From NCBI GenBank assembly GCA_030264375.1, contig JASCQW010000112.1:58329637-58393481 (forward strand): a stretch of DNA of 63,845 nucleotides, given 5' to 3'. A program made the translations under genes and the position numbers. This document shows positions 37,354 through 50,254 of this stretch, in pieces; positions within the stretch are counted from its first letter, which is position 1; every line of letters begins with the position of its first letter. The notes beneath the pieces were generated by a model. That model was not told the DNA's origin. It was given only the letters and a program-made list of their open reading frames with translations, and made no database searches. Source of the stretch: Carcharhinus longimanus. Lineage: Eukaryota.

Positions 37354-38429
37354 GCAAGGACCCAAGCTTGGGATCTGATTAAATTATCTCAATGTACCAC
37401 ATCTGATCACAGCAGAGATATAACACAATCCTGGCAATGCCTGGACCCTGTTAGGTTTCTTTCCTTTAAGATCAACATTTTGAGCTTCGTTAACTCCTGA
37501 TTCTATTGTGCTGTATGTGTTCCTTCATTAAACCACTCGATAAACTACAAATAAAAGAAAAATACTGAGGATGCTGGAAATCTGAAATAAAAATGAAAAA
37601 TGCTGCAATTTTTTTCAGCAGTTTTTGTTTTGATCCCAACAAGTGAAGGAATTGAATTGGTGCATGGAGAGTGCAAAAATCTTGTAAGAGACAGAATATA
37701 CTCAATCACATGCTGTCAGGGCATTGTGTAACTGGATGGTAGCATAGTGGTAACATTACTAAATGAGAGGCCTGGACTAATCGAGAGACATGAGTTCAAA
37801 TCTCACNNNNNNNNNNNNNNNNNNNNNNNNNNNNNNNNNNNNNNNNNNNNNNNNNNNNNNNNNNNNNNNNNNNNNNNNNNNNNNNNNNNNNNNNNNNNNN
37901 NNNNNNNNNNNNNNNNNNNNNNNNNNNNNNNNNNNNNNNNNNNNNNNNNNNNNNNNNNNNNNNNNNNNNNNNNNNNNNNNNNNNNNNNNNNNNNNNNNNN
38001 NNNNNNNNNNTATAAGTAGCTCACCATTGCTTGTTCAAGGGCAATTAGGAATGAGCAATAAATACTGGCTTGCTAGTGATGTTCTTGTCCAAGAATGAAT
38101 AAAAACAATTGTGGGCAAGTATAGAGTATTGTGATACATGGCCAGGAGTGAGGTGGGAATCTTCATTAGATCTGTACCTCACTTCTAGTGATCCAATTTC
38201 AACCTCTCCAATCACTGCATAAACATTAAGGAAATTAGCTTTGAGGAGAGATTGATTAATGCATCTCAGCCTGTGAGGGAATCCAAGTTTCTATTCAGTG
38301 AGAACTGTTAAACTGTTTTCCCATTGGCATCTCGTTAAGTATTCACTTGGGATGTTAAAAAAGGGTGTGGGAATGTTCAGAGTGACATACGTAAGTTACT
38401 GTGTATGAGCATGTACTTATTATTTTTAC

Positions 38430-38720
38430 ATGGGATGGACAGTAAATGGACAGCATTTACTGTCCATCCCGAACTGCCTTTGGACTGAGTGGCATTTAAA
38501 AGTCAACCACATAGCTGTAGGCTACATGTAACAACTGGAGATTTCCTTCCCTAAAGGACATTATTGGTGTCATGGTCATCATTAGACTTTTAATTCAAAT
38601 TACTTATGGAATTCAAATTTCACCATCTGCCATGATAGGATCCAAACTCAGGTCCCCAGAGAATTAGACTGGGTCTCTGAATTACTAATCCACTGACAAT
38701 ACCACCCCATCTCCACCTCC
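38430..38720 (-). mobile_element. Third SINE-type repeat; copies at about 48213-48535(-), 28520-28575(-) and 37735-38105(+)
   Basis: Shared cagcattta.t..ccatccc..tgccctt..aagtcaaccacat..tctggattactaatcc. Confidence 0.55.
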
Positions 38721-38753
38721 TGTGTTGTTAATCTGTCTTTATTTATCTCTCAG

Positions 38754-38942
38754 ACTGAGATCGATGCCAGAGTGGAGCGTTTCAATGATATCAGGAATGA
38801 TGCTGTTGAACTAGTGGCTGCAAGGCACTATGCGTCACCAGATATCAGGCAGTCCCTTGCCCAAGTGGAAGAAACGTGGACCATTCTGAACAAGGCTTGG
38901 CAGGAGCGTAGCATCAGGCTGGAAGAAGCCAGTGATCTACAG
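38754..38942 (+). CDS. SPTBN5: SPTBN5 exon 12, phase 0/0
   Basis: tctcag| ... |gtatag; TEIDARVERFNDIRNDAVELVAARHYASPDIRQ...WQERSIRLEEASDLQ. Confidence 0.95.
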
Positions 38943-39932
38943 GTATAGATGGGCAAGGGGCGGGTATACATTGTTCACACTGTTAAACTATTAATGAAAA
39001 TGCATAATTGGTAGAACATTGCTCAGTTATCCACTAGGAATTAAAGAGAAATACTACTGCATGTGATATAAGCAGCCAAGGTTCCCAATAATAGGATGGA
39101 AGTTGAGGTCACGCAGACCAAGTAACACTCCTGTCACAGATGGCTGGAGTATACTGTATAGCATGAACCTAACTCAAGAGTTGTTCAAAAGTGCTCCTTC
39201 GTAGGTCTTCACAAATGGTGTGGAAAAGTGCAAAGCACAACAGCTAGAGTTTCCATAAGCAATCTCCAAGGAACATATTGGGAAAAAAAGCAACGCAGTT
39301 CCCAATGTTAAAACCAGATTGAGGATTGTGAACTGGGGGTGTTGAACCAGTGCTTCATTATTGTGGACATTATGTCATTGGTCTGAAGCAAGTTTGCAGA
39401 TGTGTCGTTGATGCAGATACAGAAGATGCCATTCACCTGTTACATTTTGGTATGGTTCTCTCTGAGCAGCGTGACATTCTGCCTACTCTGAGAGCAAGCT
39501 ATGGTGAGGATGTTGCTACTGTAACTCAGTGTGCTAAATCTCCCCACACTACAATGTGATTGACCTTTTTCAAATATTTTAGCCGATGCATTGAATTATC
39601 TAAGCTGCTGACTGGATCTGGTTTCACACACGATTCTGGACACTGTTTATTCCCAGTCTTAATTTATTATGTATAGTGGTGTATCAAAGGTTGCTGCGTG
39701 GCCGGTGGTGCCAGTTCCTCTGTTCAGCACAATAGCACTGCCTTCCTGGGGGCGAATCAAGTGTCTGATCATCAGGAATGTCTGAAGATGTGGTGTGATG
39801 TGACTTGGGGATGGGAGGGCGTGGAAATGATTTCAAAATCTAAATAATGCATTCGAGCTGCTGTCTAACTGCTGCCAAATGCTTCTGTGTTCATGATTTG
39901 TTTGTGATGTTGTGAAACCCTGTGTGTTTCAG

Positions 39933-40010
39933 ATATTCTATGGTTACGTGGAGCAAAGTGAGAGCTGGCTGAGCAACAAGGAGGCATTTCTGGCTAATGA
40001 AGACAAAGGG
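39933..40010 (+). CDS. SPTBN5: SPTBN5 exon 13, phase 0/0
   Basis: tttcag| ... |gtaggt; IFYGYVEQSESWLSNKEAFLANEDKG. Confidence 0.95.
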
Positions 40011-40506
40011 GTAGGTTTCTCACCAGTACATAGCGACTGAATAGGATTAGACATGGATTGAGGATCACAGTTCAAACATAGTAAAGGAATGGAAAGGTGA
40101 CTTGGTGCAGCTGAGCAGAGAGTTCAGAAAGTATGCTATTATTCCTTTGTGTTCATCAAGATCATTGATACTAGTCCTGGGAATGCATCATGGATTAGAC
40201 TAGAGTAAAGTTTGTTCTACATTCTCTCAATTGCCTACCAATGAGACTATTATCAATTTATCATCCAACTACTTTAACTATATTAGCGAATGGGTTTCAT
40301 GATTTTAGGGTGAATAGTTTGACACTTACGCTAACACTTACTGTCAATCAAATTGAAACAAATGGATTTTGTAGAGCTCTCTTCAGCATGCAGAGAAAGA
40401 ACTTGAAGTCAGGTTACAAAGTGAAAGCATCCTCAGCTCAGTTCCTGATTTTCTTCAATGTTCTGTTTTAACAATACAGTGAGTTATCTTTGCTGTCCTG
40501 TTCCAG

Positions 40507-40679
40507 GATTCCCTGACAAGTGTGGAGAACTTGCAGCAAAAGCACGAACAGTTTGAGAAGACAGTGGAAGCTCAGCTAGAAAAAGTGATTGTGATGGAGA
40601 GATTCGCACTGCAGCTGAAGCAGAACAAACACTCAGACTCTGCACAGATCACAGTCAAGTGCCAAGCAGTTCTAGACAG
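40507..40679 (+). CDS. SPTBN5: SPTBN5 exon 14, phase 0/2
   Basis: ttccag| ... |gtatca; DSLTSVENLQQKHEQFEKTVEAQLEKV...KCQAVLD(R). Confidence 0.94.
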
Positions 40680-40729
40680 GTATCACTTGCGTTATATATA
40701 AAGATTCTTTTTGGAAAGTTTTACAGGTC

Positions 40730-41303
40730 ATGGGGATATTATACAGTGGGATATTATTACAGGAATATTGGGATGTTAAATAGCAGGATTTTATGACAGG
40801 ATCAATGGGATATTAAACAGTGGTGTATTATTACAGGAACACTGGGATGTTAAATAGCAAGACTTTATTATAAATATATTAAACAGTGGGATATTAAACA
40901 GTGGGGTCTTATTACAGGATCATTGGGGTATTAAATAGTGGCGTATTATTACAGGATCACTGGGATGTTAAACAGTGGGGTTTTATTACAGGATTACTGG
41001 GATATTAAACAGTGGGATATTATTACAGGATCACTGGGATATTAAACAGTGGGGTATTATTACAGGATCACTGGGATATTAAACAGTGGGATATTATTAC
41101 AGGATCACTGGGATATTAAACAGTGGTATTATTACAGGATCACTGGGATATTAAACAGTGGGGTATTATTACAGGATCATTGGGATATTACTACAGGATC
41201 ATTGGGATATTAAACAGTGGGTTATGATTACAGGATCACTGGGATATTAAATAGTGGATTATTATTACAAGATCACTGGGATATTAAACAGTGGGGTGTT
41301 ATT
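40730..41303. repeat. ~37-bp minisatellite
   Basis: acaggatcactgggatattaaacagtggggtattatt repeated. Confidence 0.92.
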
Positions 41304-41439
41304 ATCTTCATACCACTTTTCCATACTTCTTAACACCACAAATATCTATCAATTTCAACTGGAAATTTGCATTTGACCCCACAGATTCAACAGCTTTTTG
41401 GGTTCCAGATTTCCACTATTAGTTGCGTGAACAAGTGCT

Positions 41440-41800
41440 ATAGAGGTGTATTAAATCATGAGAGGTATGGATAGGGTGAATGCACTCAGTCTTTTTCCCA
41501 GGGTTGTGGAATCGAAAACTAGAGGACATAGGTATAAGTTAAGATGGGAAAGAATTAATGGGAACCTGAGAAGCAACTTTTTTTACATAGAGGGCGATAC
41601 ATATGTGGAATGAGCTGCTGGAAGAAGTGATTGAGACAGGGACATTGACAACTTTTAAAGGGCATTTGGACTGATACATGGATAGGAAAGGTTTAGAGGG
41701 AAATGAGCCAAATAGAGGCAAATGGCGTTAGCTTAGATGAACGTTTTGGTCAGCATGGACCAGTTTGGCTCATGCTGTGCCATACATTCTATGATTCTAT
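41440..41800 (+). mobile_element. CR1 3' end
   Basis: atagaggtgtattaaatcatgagaggtatggatagggtg..aactagaggacatagg..attctatgattctat tail. Confidence 0.8.
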
Positions 41801-42145
41801 CAAAAAGGCATACTGATAGGGTAAGTGAGTGGAAAGAATTGTGGCAGAATGTTTTCTAAAAAGCGGGAATCTGTGAAGGAATGTGAGATTATCTCACAAA
41901 CAGCTTCAATTACTGTTATGCCTCTTTGTTTTGGATTTCGCTCGCCAAAATAAATGGTTTCTTTCTAACTACCCTATTTAACCTTTAATCATCTCAAACA
42001 TCTCAAAATAGTTCATCCCTTAATCTATAGTCAAAGGAATACAAGCCTAGTCTATACAGTCTGTCCTTCTAATGTAATTATTTTAGCACCCATACCATCT
42101 TGGTGCATCTGCACTGCACACTCTTCCTTCTCAACTGAACACATT

Positions 42146-43103
42146 GGAGGAGAATTCTCCAACCTCACTGCACCTGCAGCAGATCGCTCCGATTCCCAGA
42201 AATAGCATTCAGGACTAAAAATTGGTTTCATGGCTTGTGCCAAACAGTTTGCGATTCTCCCTGCTCCTTTCTAATGTGCGAACCAGATTGCGCCCAGAAA
42301 GGGCGTGAGAGCGATTAGCAAGTGTAAAGTAGCAGTTAAATATGCATTGACTATTTGAATCCCAGCACTCGGGATTCTCCAGGCTTCAGGTGCGGCGCGC
42401 AGATGGAAAGAATCACTACTGGAGACTTGGCGCGATGGTCACACTGGGGGGTTTGGAGGCCATTGAAAACTCCAGGTGGCCAGCAGCATGACCGAGCAGT
42501 GCCCATCAGGCGGTGCCTGCCTGTTAGTGCCCAACCAGCACACCTGCAGTGGCCACTGGACATCCTGGCAATGCCAAATGGGGCACTGCTAGTGTACCAG
42601 GTGGGCACCACCAGTATGCCAGGCACAGTGCCAAGGGAGTGGGGCCTGAGTGGGGGCCATGATATGGTGGCTATGCAGGGGGCATCTGATAGGGATATGA
42701 CGGGTTCATGCAAGGGTGGATAATGAAGGTGGTCGAGGGATGGACAGGCAACAAGACCCATCAGGAGGGCACTGATGCCCCGATGCTAGCGATCCATATC
42801 AGGGAAGCGGTGGGGGAACATGTTACCAATGAGCAAGGTGATACCAATGTCTTTGGGGTATGGATATGGGAATCCTAGCACACTGAGAGATTGTGGTGTT
42901 TTTGCAAAATGGCACCCAAGCATTCTGCAGCTGGGCTCACTGACATGTTTAGGCCCCACCTCCTCCCAGTACTGGCACAAAACTCCCAACTCACCCAAAA
43001 AGGGACTGAATGTGGGAGGATTGATCTGCGAAGAGAGCGGCACAAATCGCTCCATTGTTCATTCCGTTATGAGACTTCGAAATTTTGGGGGAGAATTCCG
43101 TCC
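42146..43103. mobile_element. Non-autonomous Harbinger-like TIR element inserted in a CR1 fragment
   Basis: Ends GGAGGAGAATTCTCC / GGAGAATTCCGTCC, flanked by ATT on both sides (3-bp TSD). Confidence 0.75.
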
Positions 43104-43116
43104 ATTATTCCTGATG

Positions 43117-44085
43117 TGGTCTGACCAGAATTAAACACAGTACTCCAGACGCAGTCCAACCAGAACGAAACACAGTACTCCAGATTCAATTCAACCAGAA
43201 CGAAACACAGTACTCCTGATACAGTCCAACCAGAACGAAACACAGTACTCCTGATACAATTCAACCAGAACTAAACACAGTACTCCTGATACAGTCCAAC
43301 CAGAACGAAACACAGTACTCCTGATACAGTCCAACCAGAACGAAACACAGTACTCCAGATGCAATTCAACCAGAACTAAACACAGTACTCCTGATACAGT
43401 CCAACCAGAACGAAACACAGTACTCCAGATACAGTCCAAGCAGAACTAAACACAGTACTCCTGATACAGTCCAACCAGAACGAAACACAGTACTCCAGAT
43501 ACAGTCCAACCAGAACGAAACACAGTACTCCAGATACAATTCAACCAGAACTAAACACAGTACTCCTGATACAGTCCAACCAGAACAAAACACAGTACTC
43601 CTGATACAGTCCAAGCAGAACTGAATACAGTACTCGAGACCCAGTCTAACCAGAACTAAACACAGTACTCCAGACTCGGTGCAACCAGAACTAAACACAG
43701 TACTCCATACACAGTCTAACCAGAACTAAACACAGTACTCCATACGCAGTCTAACCAGAACTAAACACAGTACTCCAGACACAGTCCAACCAGAATGAAA
43801 CACGGTACTCCAGACATGGCCTGACCAGAACTAAACACAATACTCCAGACACAATTTAACCAGAACTGATTACAGTACTCTAGACCTGGTCTAACCAGAA
43901 CTGAATACAGTACTCCAGACAAGGTCTAACCAGAACTGAATATAGTATTCCAGACATAGTCTAACCAGAACTGAACGCAGTACTCCAGACACAATCTAAC
44001 CAGAACTAAACACAGTACTCCAGACAAGGTCTAACTAGAACTGAACACAGCACTCCAGACACAGTCTAACTAGAACTGAACACCA
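43117..44085. repeat. 35-bp minisatellite, about 27 units, CR1-derived
   Basis: ccagaacgaaacacagtactcctgatacagtccaa repeated. Confidence 0.95.
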
Positions 44086-45340
44086 TTACTTCACCAATAT
44101 GGCCTAAGCAGAAAGGAACATAATACTTTGGATGTGGTTTAACCAGTGTTATGCAATTGCAGCATAATTTCTACCTCTTTGATTTCCAGCCCTCTTCAGA
44201 AAAAAGTTAATATTTTGTTAGTCTTTTAAATTATTTTCTGCAGCTATCCACTACCTTTTGGTGATTTCTGTACAAGGACATCATAATCTCTCTGTTCCTT
44301 CATTGTTCCTGGATTCCCAACTTTTAGAAAATACTCTGATACATCCTTCTTTGGCCTAGAGTAGACAATCCCTATATTAAATTCCATCTGCCACAGGTTT
44401 GCCCACTCACTTAACCTATCAAAGTCCCTTTGCAACTTTCTGCTCCCATCTACTCTATTTACTGTACCATTTAACTGCCCTCTAATTTTTCATCCAAGCC
44501 ATTTATAAATATAATGGAAAGTTAAGGTCTCAGAACAGAACTTTGGGGGAACACTACTTAGTCACATGCTGGCAATTGATGTATATACCCATTATCCCTA
44601 CACTCTACCTAAACAATTCGTTATGTATGTCAAAAGATTATGTCCAATTCCATGCGCTCTTATTTTTTCTTCAGTCTCTTAAATGGTGCCTGGTAGGAAA
44701 GAACTCTGCACAATGTTCCATCTGGAGATTAAATTGGTTGGGTAGAGTTCCTAATGGAGTGTGATGCAATAGTCTATATAACCTGTCCTTGTTCAATTCT
44801 CACAACATTTGGATCAATAGTTATGTGTCTGACATGTGATATACTCACATCTGAAGTATAAGGGTCTGATTTATACATGGTTAATGTGGGACTGACTACA
44901 GTACTGCCCACACATTGATGTAAGAAAGCACATGGCCCAGATTTAGGGTCAGTGGTGTTGGCCAGAGACACATAAAGAAGTAGACATGGAGATAGCTCCT
45001 TGTCAATACTGTCTATTGTACATAATATATTGTTAAAAGTAGTTCATGAAGGTTTGATGTGAAAATACAGAAGACTATGAAGATTTTCTTAACAGGAACG
45101 TTGAGTGGCAGCATCGAGCCTCCATTGGCCAGTGAGGGGATCTTCTGGTCATGCTGCTGTCAATGGGCTTTCCTGTTGTTTGCACCCTCTGCTGCTGGGG
45201 AACCCATTGCGCGGGGTTGCCGTCGCTTGGACTGGAAGATCCTGCCAGCGAGAACAACTGGAAAATTCCACTTGTTTTGTAATCAACACCATTATAACAC
45301 ATTTTACAATATCCATCCATTTATTGGTTTTATTCCTTAG

Positions 45341-45431
45341 GAAAGAGAAGTTACTGGAAAACTGTGAGCATCGCAGGAAGGTCCTAGATCAGTCCAAACA
45401 GTTGCAAATGTTCCTGAGAAGCTCCTATGAG
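45341..45431 (+). CDS. SPTBN5: SPTBN5 exon 15, phase 2/0
   Basis: ccttag| ... |gtaaag; KEKLLENCEHRRKVLDQSKQLQMFLRSSYE. Confidence 0.94.
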
Positions 45432-45469
45432 GTAAAGAAGCCCTATCACTGTACATCTGTACTACACCG

Positions 45470-45920
45470 GAGTAACCAAGTTAACACTAGAGACTATTAA
45501 TAAACTGAGTAATGCCAGTTACTGTTAATTAATTGGGTAATATCAGATACGTAAGTAAATCGAGTAACACCAGATACCATAAATAAATTGAGTAATGACA
45601 CACTGTTATTAAACTGGAGGTCACCAGATAAACTGTATAACACCATATACAATAAACTGGGTAATACCGGATACTGTTAATAAACTGAATACTGTCACCA
45701 AATACTATTAATAAACTAAGTAATGCCTGATACTGTTAAACTGAATAACAGCAGATACTACTAAACAGAATAATACCAGATATTGTTAATAAACTGAAAA
45801 ATACCAGATATTGTTAATAAACTGAGTAATAGCAGACACTCAGTGAATTGAGCAGTGCAAGATACTGTCCATAAACTGAGTGGTACAGCTACACTTCATA
45901 AAACAGGTGATACCAGATAC
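45470..45920. repeat. Degenerate ~27-28-bp AT-rich tandem repeat
   Basis: aataaactgagtaataccagatactgtt-like units. Confidence 0.75.
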
Positions 45921-46642
45921 CCTTTTTAAGACCAATTTCACTCATTAACACCAGATGATTTGCCAGCCCTCACTATCCAGATTGAAAATAGCTATATGAG
46001 TGAGGCTGCAGATAGTCCCCAGTGTCAATGCACCATACCACAGAGGTCAAATAGTAGAGGATTCAAATGTCTTTGTATCATTTCTAGGTTAACCATTCAT
46101 CCGGTTTAATACTGGACAGTTTAATTTTCAGTTGGCCTGTTGCCTGTCTGGCACTGGATGACTTTATTCAGTATCTTATTTGATACACACATCCTGAACC
46201 TACCCAATCTTTCTAAATTTCTAAGAAAAACAAATCTTCCCACTCGATGATCCCCAATGGTAACTAAACAAAAATCCAGAGCATTGATGTGTACTCCTCT
46301 AATCACCTGAAGGCTAATGCATGGGCCTATGGCCTGTGCCAGGGGCCTCCACAAAAGCCCTCACAAAAATATGTTTTGTTTAAGCATTACATATTAGGAT
46401 ATGATTTACTAAGAAAATGTTGGAGGGGCTGTTGCCTTCAAAGTTAACATTAATGAAATTCCAGTCTGCCAGTTTTGGTACTTAAAATTGATGCAAGGAA
46501 AAATTCTTTGAATTCACATCCTCTCCTTCAATCTATAAAATCACTTCACAAGCTGGCTCAATGGTGCCTCCTAGCTCATAGACTGCACGTTGTCTTGCTT
46601 CAAAATAACATCATTGGATATTTCATATCTGATAGATTTAAT

Positions 46643-47287
46643 GACTGGGATTTTCACAAAAATATCTAAGTTCCCCAACGTGTGGGAAAATGGGAATAAA
46701 TCTCGCTGGTTTTTTTAGTGTGATTTCCAGAATGAATCACCAACACTCAGCGGGATTCACTCTGGAAAGCAGTGGGCAGGGCCTATTCCTGTCCTTGAGG
46801 CTGGCAGCATAGCGCTGAGCGGGCCTCTGCACGTGTGCCAATCTGTCAGCACAGAGATCGGCATATGTGCAATAGCCCCGCATTGCCAGCCTCTAGATCG
46901 CTGGCCTTCCCAACACCCCTGATTGCTGGCCAGCCTCTCACCCCGCCCCCACCCGAATCGCTGGNNNNNNNNNNNNNNNNNNNNNNNNNNNNNNNNNNNN
47001 NNNNNNNNNNNNNNNNNNNNNNNNNNNNNNNNNNNNNNNNNNNNNNNNNNNNNNNNNNNNNNNNNNNNNNNNNNNNNNNNNNNNNNNNNNNNNNNNNNNN
47101 NAGACTGGAAGCAGGGCCCTGTCCCCTCTGGCCTCACCCCTTTGGCACTGCCCAGTGCCTGATGGGCAGTGCCAGCTTGCCCTTTAGCCAGTGTCAGGGT
47201 GCCAGGTTGGATGTGTTGGAGACGTGCGGAGGCTGCGATGCCCATCGGGAAGCCTGTGAAATGGCCTCCGCTGATATCTCCCAGCCC
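46643..47287. mobile_element. Harbinger-like non-autonomous element spanning an N gap
   Basis: GACTGGGATTTT ... ATCTCCCAGCCC; GC-rich interior with ggcactgccc/gggcagtgcc motifs like those in 42146-43103 and near 14100-14200. Confidence 0.5.
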
Positions 47288-47403
47288 GTTGTGCTACTCA
47301 AGCAGCTCAGCAAGCTGAAAGAATCATCTCAAACATGTCATCTGGAAGAAGGTAAATAATTAAGTCAGATCCAGAAGGTTAGAACTCTAAATGAAGTGAG
47401 GAG

Positions 47404-47431
47404 ACACACACACACACACACACAAACACAC
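47404..47431 (+). repeat. (CA)n microsatellite
   Basis: acacacacacacacacacacaaacacac. Confidence 0.9.
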
Positions 47432-47503
47432 CAGTAAGTTGGGGGTCAGTGATATTTGTGTGTTTTATTAACAGTTTGAATGTTTTCTGTACTGTTCCTT
47501 CAG

Positions 47504-47650
47504 GCTGTTTCATGGTTGAATGAGAAGATCAGTGTCACCCTGGATGAGAGTTGGACAGATCCCAGTAACCTGCAGGGCAAATTGCAGAAACACCAAACCT
47601 TTGAGGCTGAAGTCATGGCCAACCAGAACAGGATCCGAAACATCGGCACT
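47504..47650 (+). CDS. SPTBN5: SPTBN5 exon 16, phase 0/0
   Basis: cttcag| ... |gtgagt; AVSWLNEKISVTLDESWTDPSNLQGKLQKHQTFEAEVMANQNRIRNIGT. Confidence 0.95.
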
Positions 47651-48006
47651 GTGAGTGTTTGTGCTTGGACTCCTGCTATTGTCGCAATTGAGCCTCTCAT
47701 TGCTACACACGTCTGTGAAGCAGGGAACTGACAGCCTGGAATTGCCAGCTCACTGGATCAAGTATTTTGGCTTAGCTTTTATTCAGGGCAACGCAAACAT
47801 CTCATACTCAGGCCAAATTAAAAGAATATACCTGCGTAAAACTCCCTGCATCTGCAGCCAAGCCCTTCGGCGCACAAGTTGTGCCAATCATATCCATACC
47901 TACCAGGCCTATCTATAACTGTCAATCCCATTTCAAATGCCCTTCTCCTATTTTGGATCCAGTTAGTTTTATCTAGTTTATTTTCCTGTTTTGCACATTC
48001 CACTGT

Positions 48007-49018
48007 GGGCTGAATTTTACAGGGGTTCCTGAAGTCAGCACTGAGAGCAAGATGCAACACCACTCCTGTGAGCAGCAGAACCCTGGGGTGGCATCTTGCT
48101 GACGCCAGCCAGTGAGAATGGCAGCTCAGCCTCAAGAGCTGCTGGCTCAATCAGAGCGCCAGCAGCTCAGCAGAACCACCACGAGAGTGGCCACTTTTTA
48201 AATATTCCCTAACGGGACGTGGGTGTCGCTGGCTGGGCCAGCATTTATTATCCATCCCTAAATGCCCTTGAACTGGGGGCTTGCTAAGCCATTTCAGATG
48301 GTATTTTTAAGAGTGAACCACGTTGCTGCGGATCTGGAGTTATGTAGGCCAGACCTGGTTCACTAATCTCCTTCCTAAAGGAGATTAGTGAACCAGGTGG
48401 GTTTTTACGACAGTTGATAATGATTTTAGAGTCACTAATTCCAGATTTTTGTGGAATTCAGTTTCAATTGGTGGGATACCCTGGGTTTCTGGATTACTAA
48501 TCCTGTGGCAGTATTGTTACGCCATTGCTTCCCCCATTGCTGAGGCTGTTTCACCGTGGAGAGGGACCCTTAGAGACAGGTGTGTTTGGTAGGGGAAATC
48601 TGAAGCAAGGCAGGCAGTCAAACAGGTCTTGGCAATTGGCATTGGGGAAGTAGTGTTCATAGTGCACTGGTGGTGCCGTGGCCTCATGAGTGGCAGCTGG
48701 GCCATGGAGCACCAGCTAATGAGGGCACGTCCCTGGAACCCACTGAAGGCTGTCATGGGTAATTTGGTGGTGCCCCTCACCCCTCCCCCATATGTACCAG
48801 CAGACTCTCCTAATACAGGCAAAATGCCCATGGCAATGGGAAGCGATCTTCCATTGGGAACTTAGATGGCTCAATTGGGTGGTCATGCAGCTCAGGCTCC
48901 AACCTCATAATATATCATGGTGGGTACTATCAGGCTTCGCACCCGAAACTATTCCCCACTGTATTGCCAACCCTCTCGCTTCCCAGCTTATCACCAATGG
49001 CCCACGAAAATTCATCCC
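48007..49018. mobile_element. Non-autonomous Harbinger-like TIR element containing a SINE at about 48213-48535
   Basis: TIR GGGCTGAATTTT / AAAATTCATCCC with TGT on both sides. Confidence 0.75.
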
Positions 49019-49476
49019 TGTATTTGAGATTCTGAAAGTTTTGTATGGACAACATTAGACAACTTCAACGGCATAGGAGAATCCAAGCTGCGGACGAGGT
49101 TGGAGATTTCTGGTGTACAATCTTTAATGGAGTTAAACATTAGGGTTTTTACTGCTAAATATTTTCCCCTGTATTCAACTCCAACCAGTCAATTCTGAAA
49201 GCAGATCTCATGGAGTACATCCTTTTCTACCCAATATCTAGTTGTACAATAATGAGGCCAAATGACCATGACAGAGAACCCATACTCTACACTGAATAGT
49301 ACCACCATGTAATACATCACTTTTCCAGAGGTATTTGGATAAACACACTTAAGAAATTAAGACAGGTGTTTTGGTTTTATTTGCACAAAAAGTCTGAAAT
49401 AATGGTCAATCAAAATCATCAAAACAGGAACAGGCCATTCAGCTCCTTGAGCCTATAATCACTATTCAGTTACAAT

Positions 49477-49655
49477 AAGAAATCTCACAACACCAGGTTA
49501 AAATCCAACAGGTGTACAGTCCTGTTGGAGTCCTTCACCTGATGAAGGAGCAGCGCTCTGACAGCTTGTGATACCAAATAAACTTGTTGGACTTTAACCT
49601 GATGTTGTGAGACTTCTTGCTGTGCCCACCCAGTCCAACACCAGCATTTCCATGA
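49477..49655. mobile_element. Penelope-like repeat (inverted pair) inserted in a CR1 3' fragment
   Basis: aagaaatctcacaacaccaggttaaatccaacagg ... ttggactttaacctgatgttgtgagacttctt; degenerate hammerhead at 49536-49570. Confidence 0.65.
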
Positions 49656-50116
49656 CATTCAGTTAGATCATGGCTGCTATATACCCTGATCTCATTTACC
49701 CAGCTTTGTTCCATATCCAATAACTAAAAAAAATCTATCAGTCTCCATCTTCAAATTTTCTGTCAATGCCATAGCATTTATTCGTGGATCTTTAGGGGAG
49801 AGAGTTCCAGATTTTCTTCAACACTGAAAGATGGTTCCTGATTTCACTTCTCAATGGCCTAGTTCTAATTTTAAGCTGCTGCTATGTTCCAGATTCACCC
49901 ACCAGAGGAAACTTTTTCCCAGTATTAACCATTAACCATGTTAAATACCTCAAAAAAATAGTGCTGAACCTTTTAATGACAAGAGAACGCAAGCCTAGTC
50001 CATGCAAACATGAGGTTTCTGCCCTTTCTACCTTGTTTCTGGAATAATATTATTCCCCATCTGCCTGGTGTGTGTTTATTGATAGTAATGTTGATTCTGA
50101 TTGAACCCCATTGCAG

Positions 50117-50254
50117 GAAGGGGAGCAGATGATTGATGCTGGACACTACGCTGTAAATGAAATTGAACCCCGGATGAAGCATGTTCAAGACCTGTGGAAT
50201 GAACTGCTGGGAAACTGCCATGAGAAGAAGTCCAAGCTGCTGGATGCACACAAG
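50117..50254 (+). CDS. SPTBN5: SPTBN5 exon 17, phase 0/0
   Basis: ttgcag| ... |gtgctt; EGEQMIDAGHYAVNEIEPRMKHVQDLWNELLGNCHEKKSKLLDAHK. Confidence 0.93.

Larger units (their letters stand above)
41960..44700 (-). mobile_element. Old CR1 fragment hosting a TIR element and a 35-bp minisatellite
   Basis: QRDFDRLSEWANLWQMEFNIG at 44244-44435; CR1-like sequence on both sides of the insertions. Confidence 0.65.

Noticed and set aside
43067-43698. Repetitive Cys/Trp-rich ORFs and a CRISPR-like look
   Set aside because: Translations of a head-to-tail 35-bp minisatellite; no unique spacers, no cas genes, vertebrate DNA
47504-47650. Assignment of the gene to alpha-spectrin (SPTAN1/SPTA1)
   Set aside because: Individual repeats are alpha-like, but the GDVGKDYEHC repeat, the repeat order and the lack of an SH3 insertion in this span fit SPTBN5
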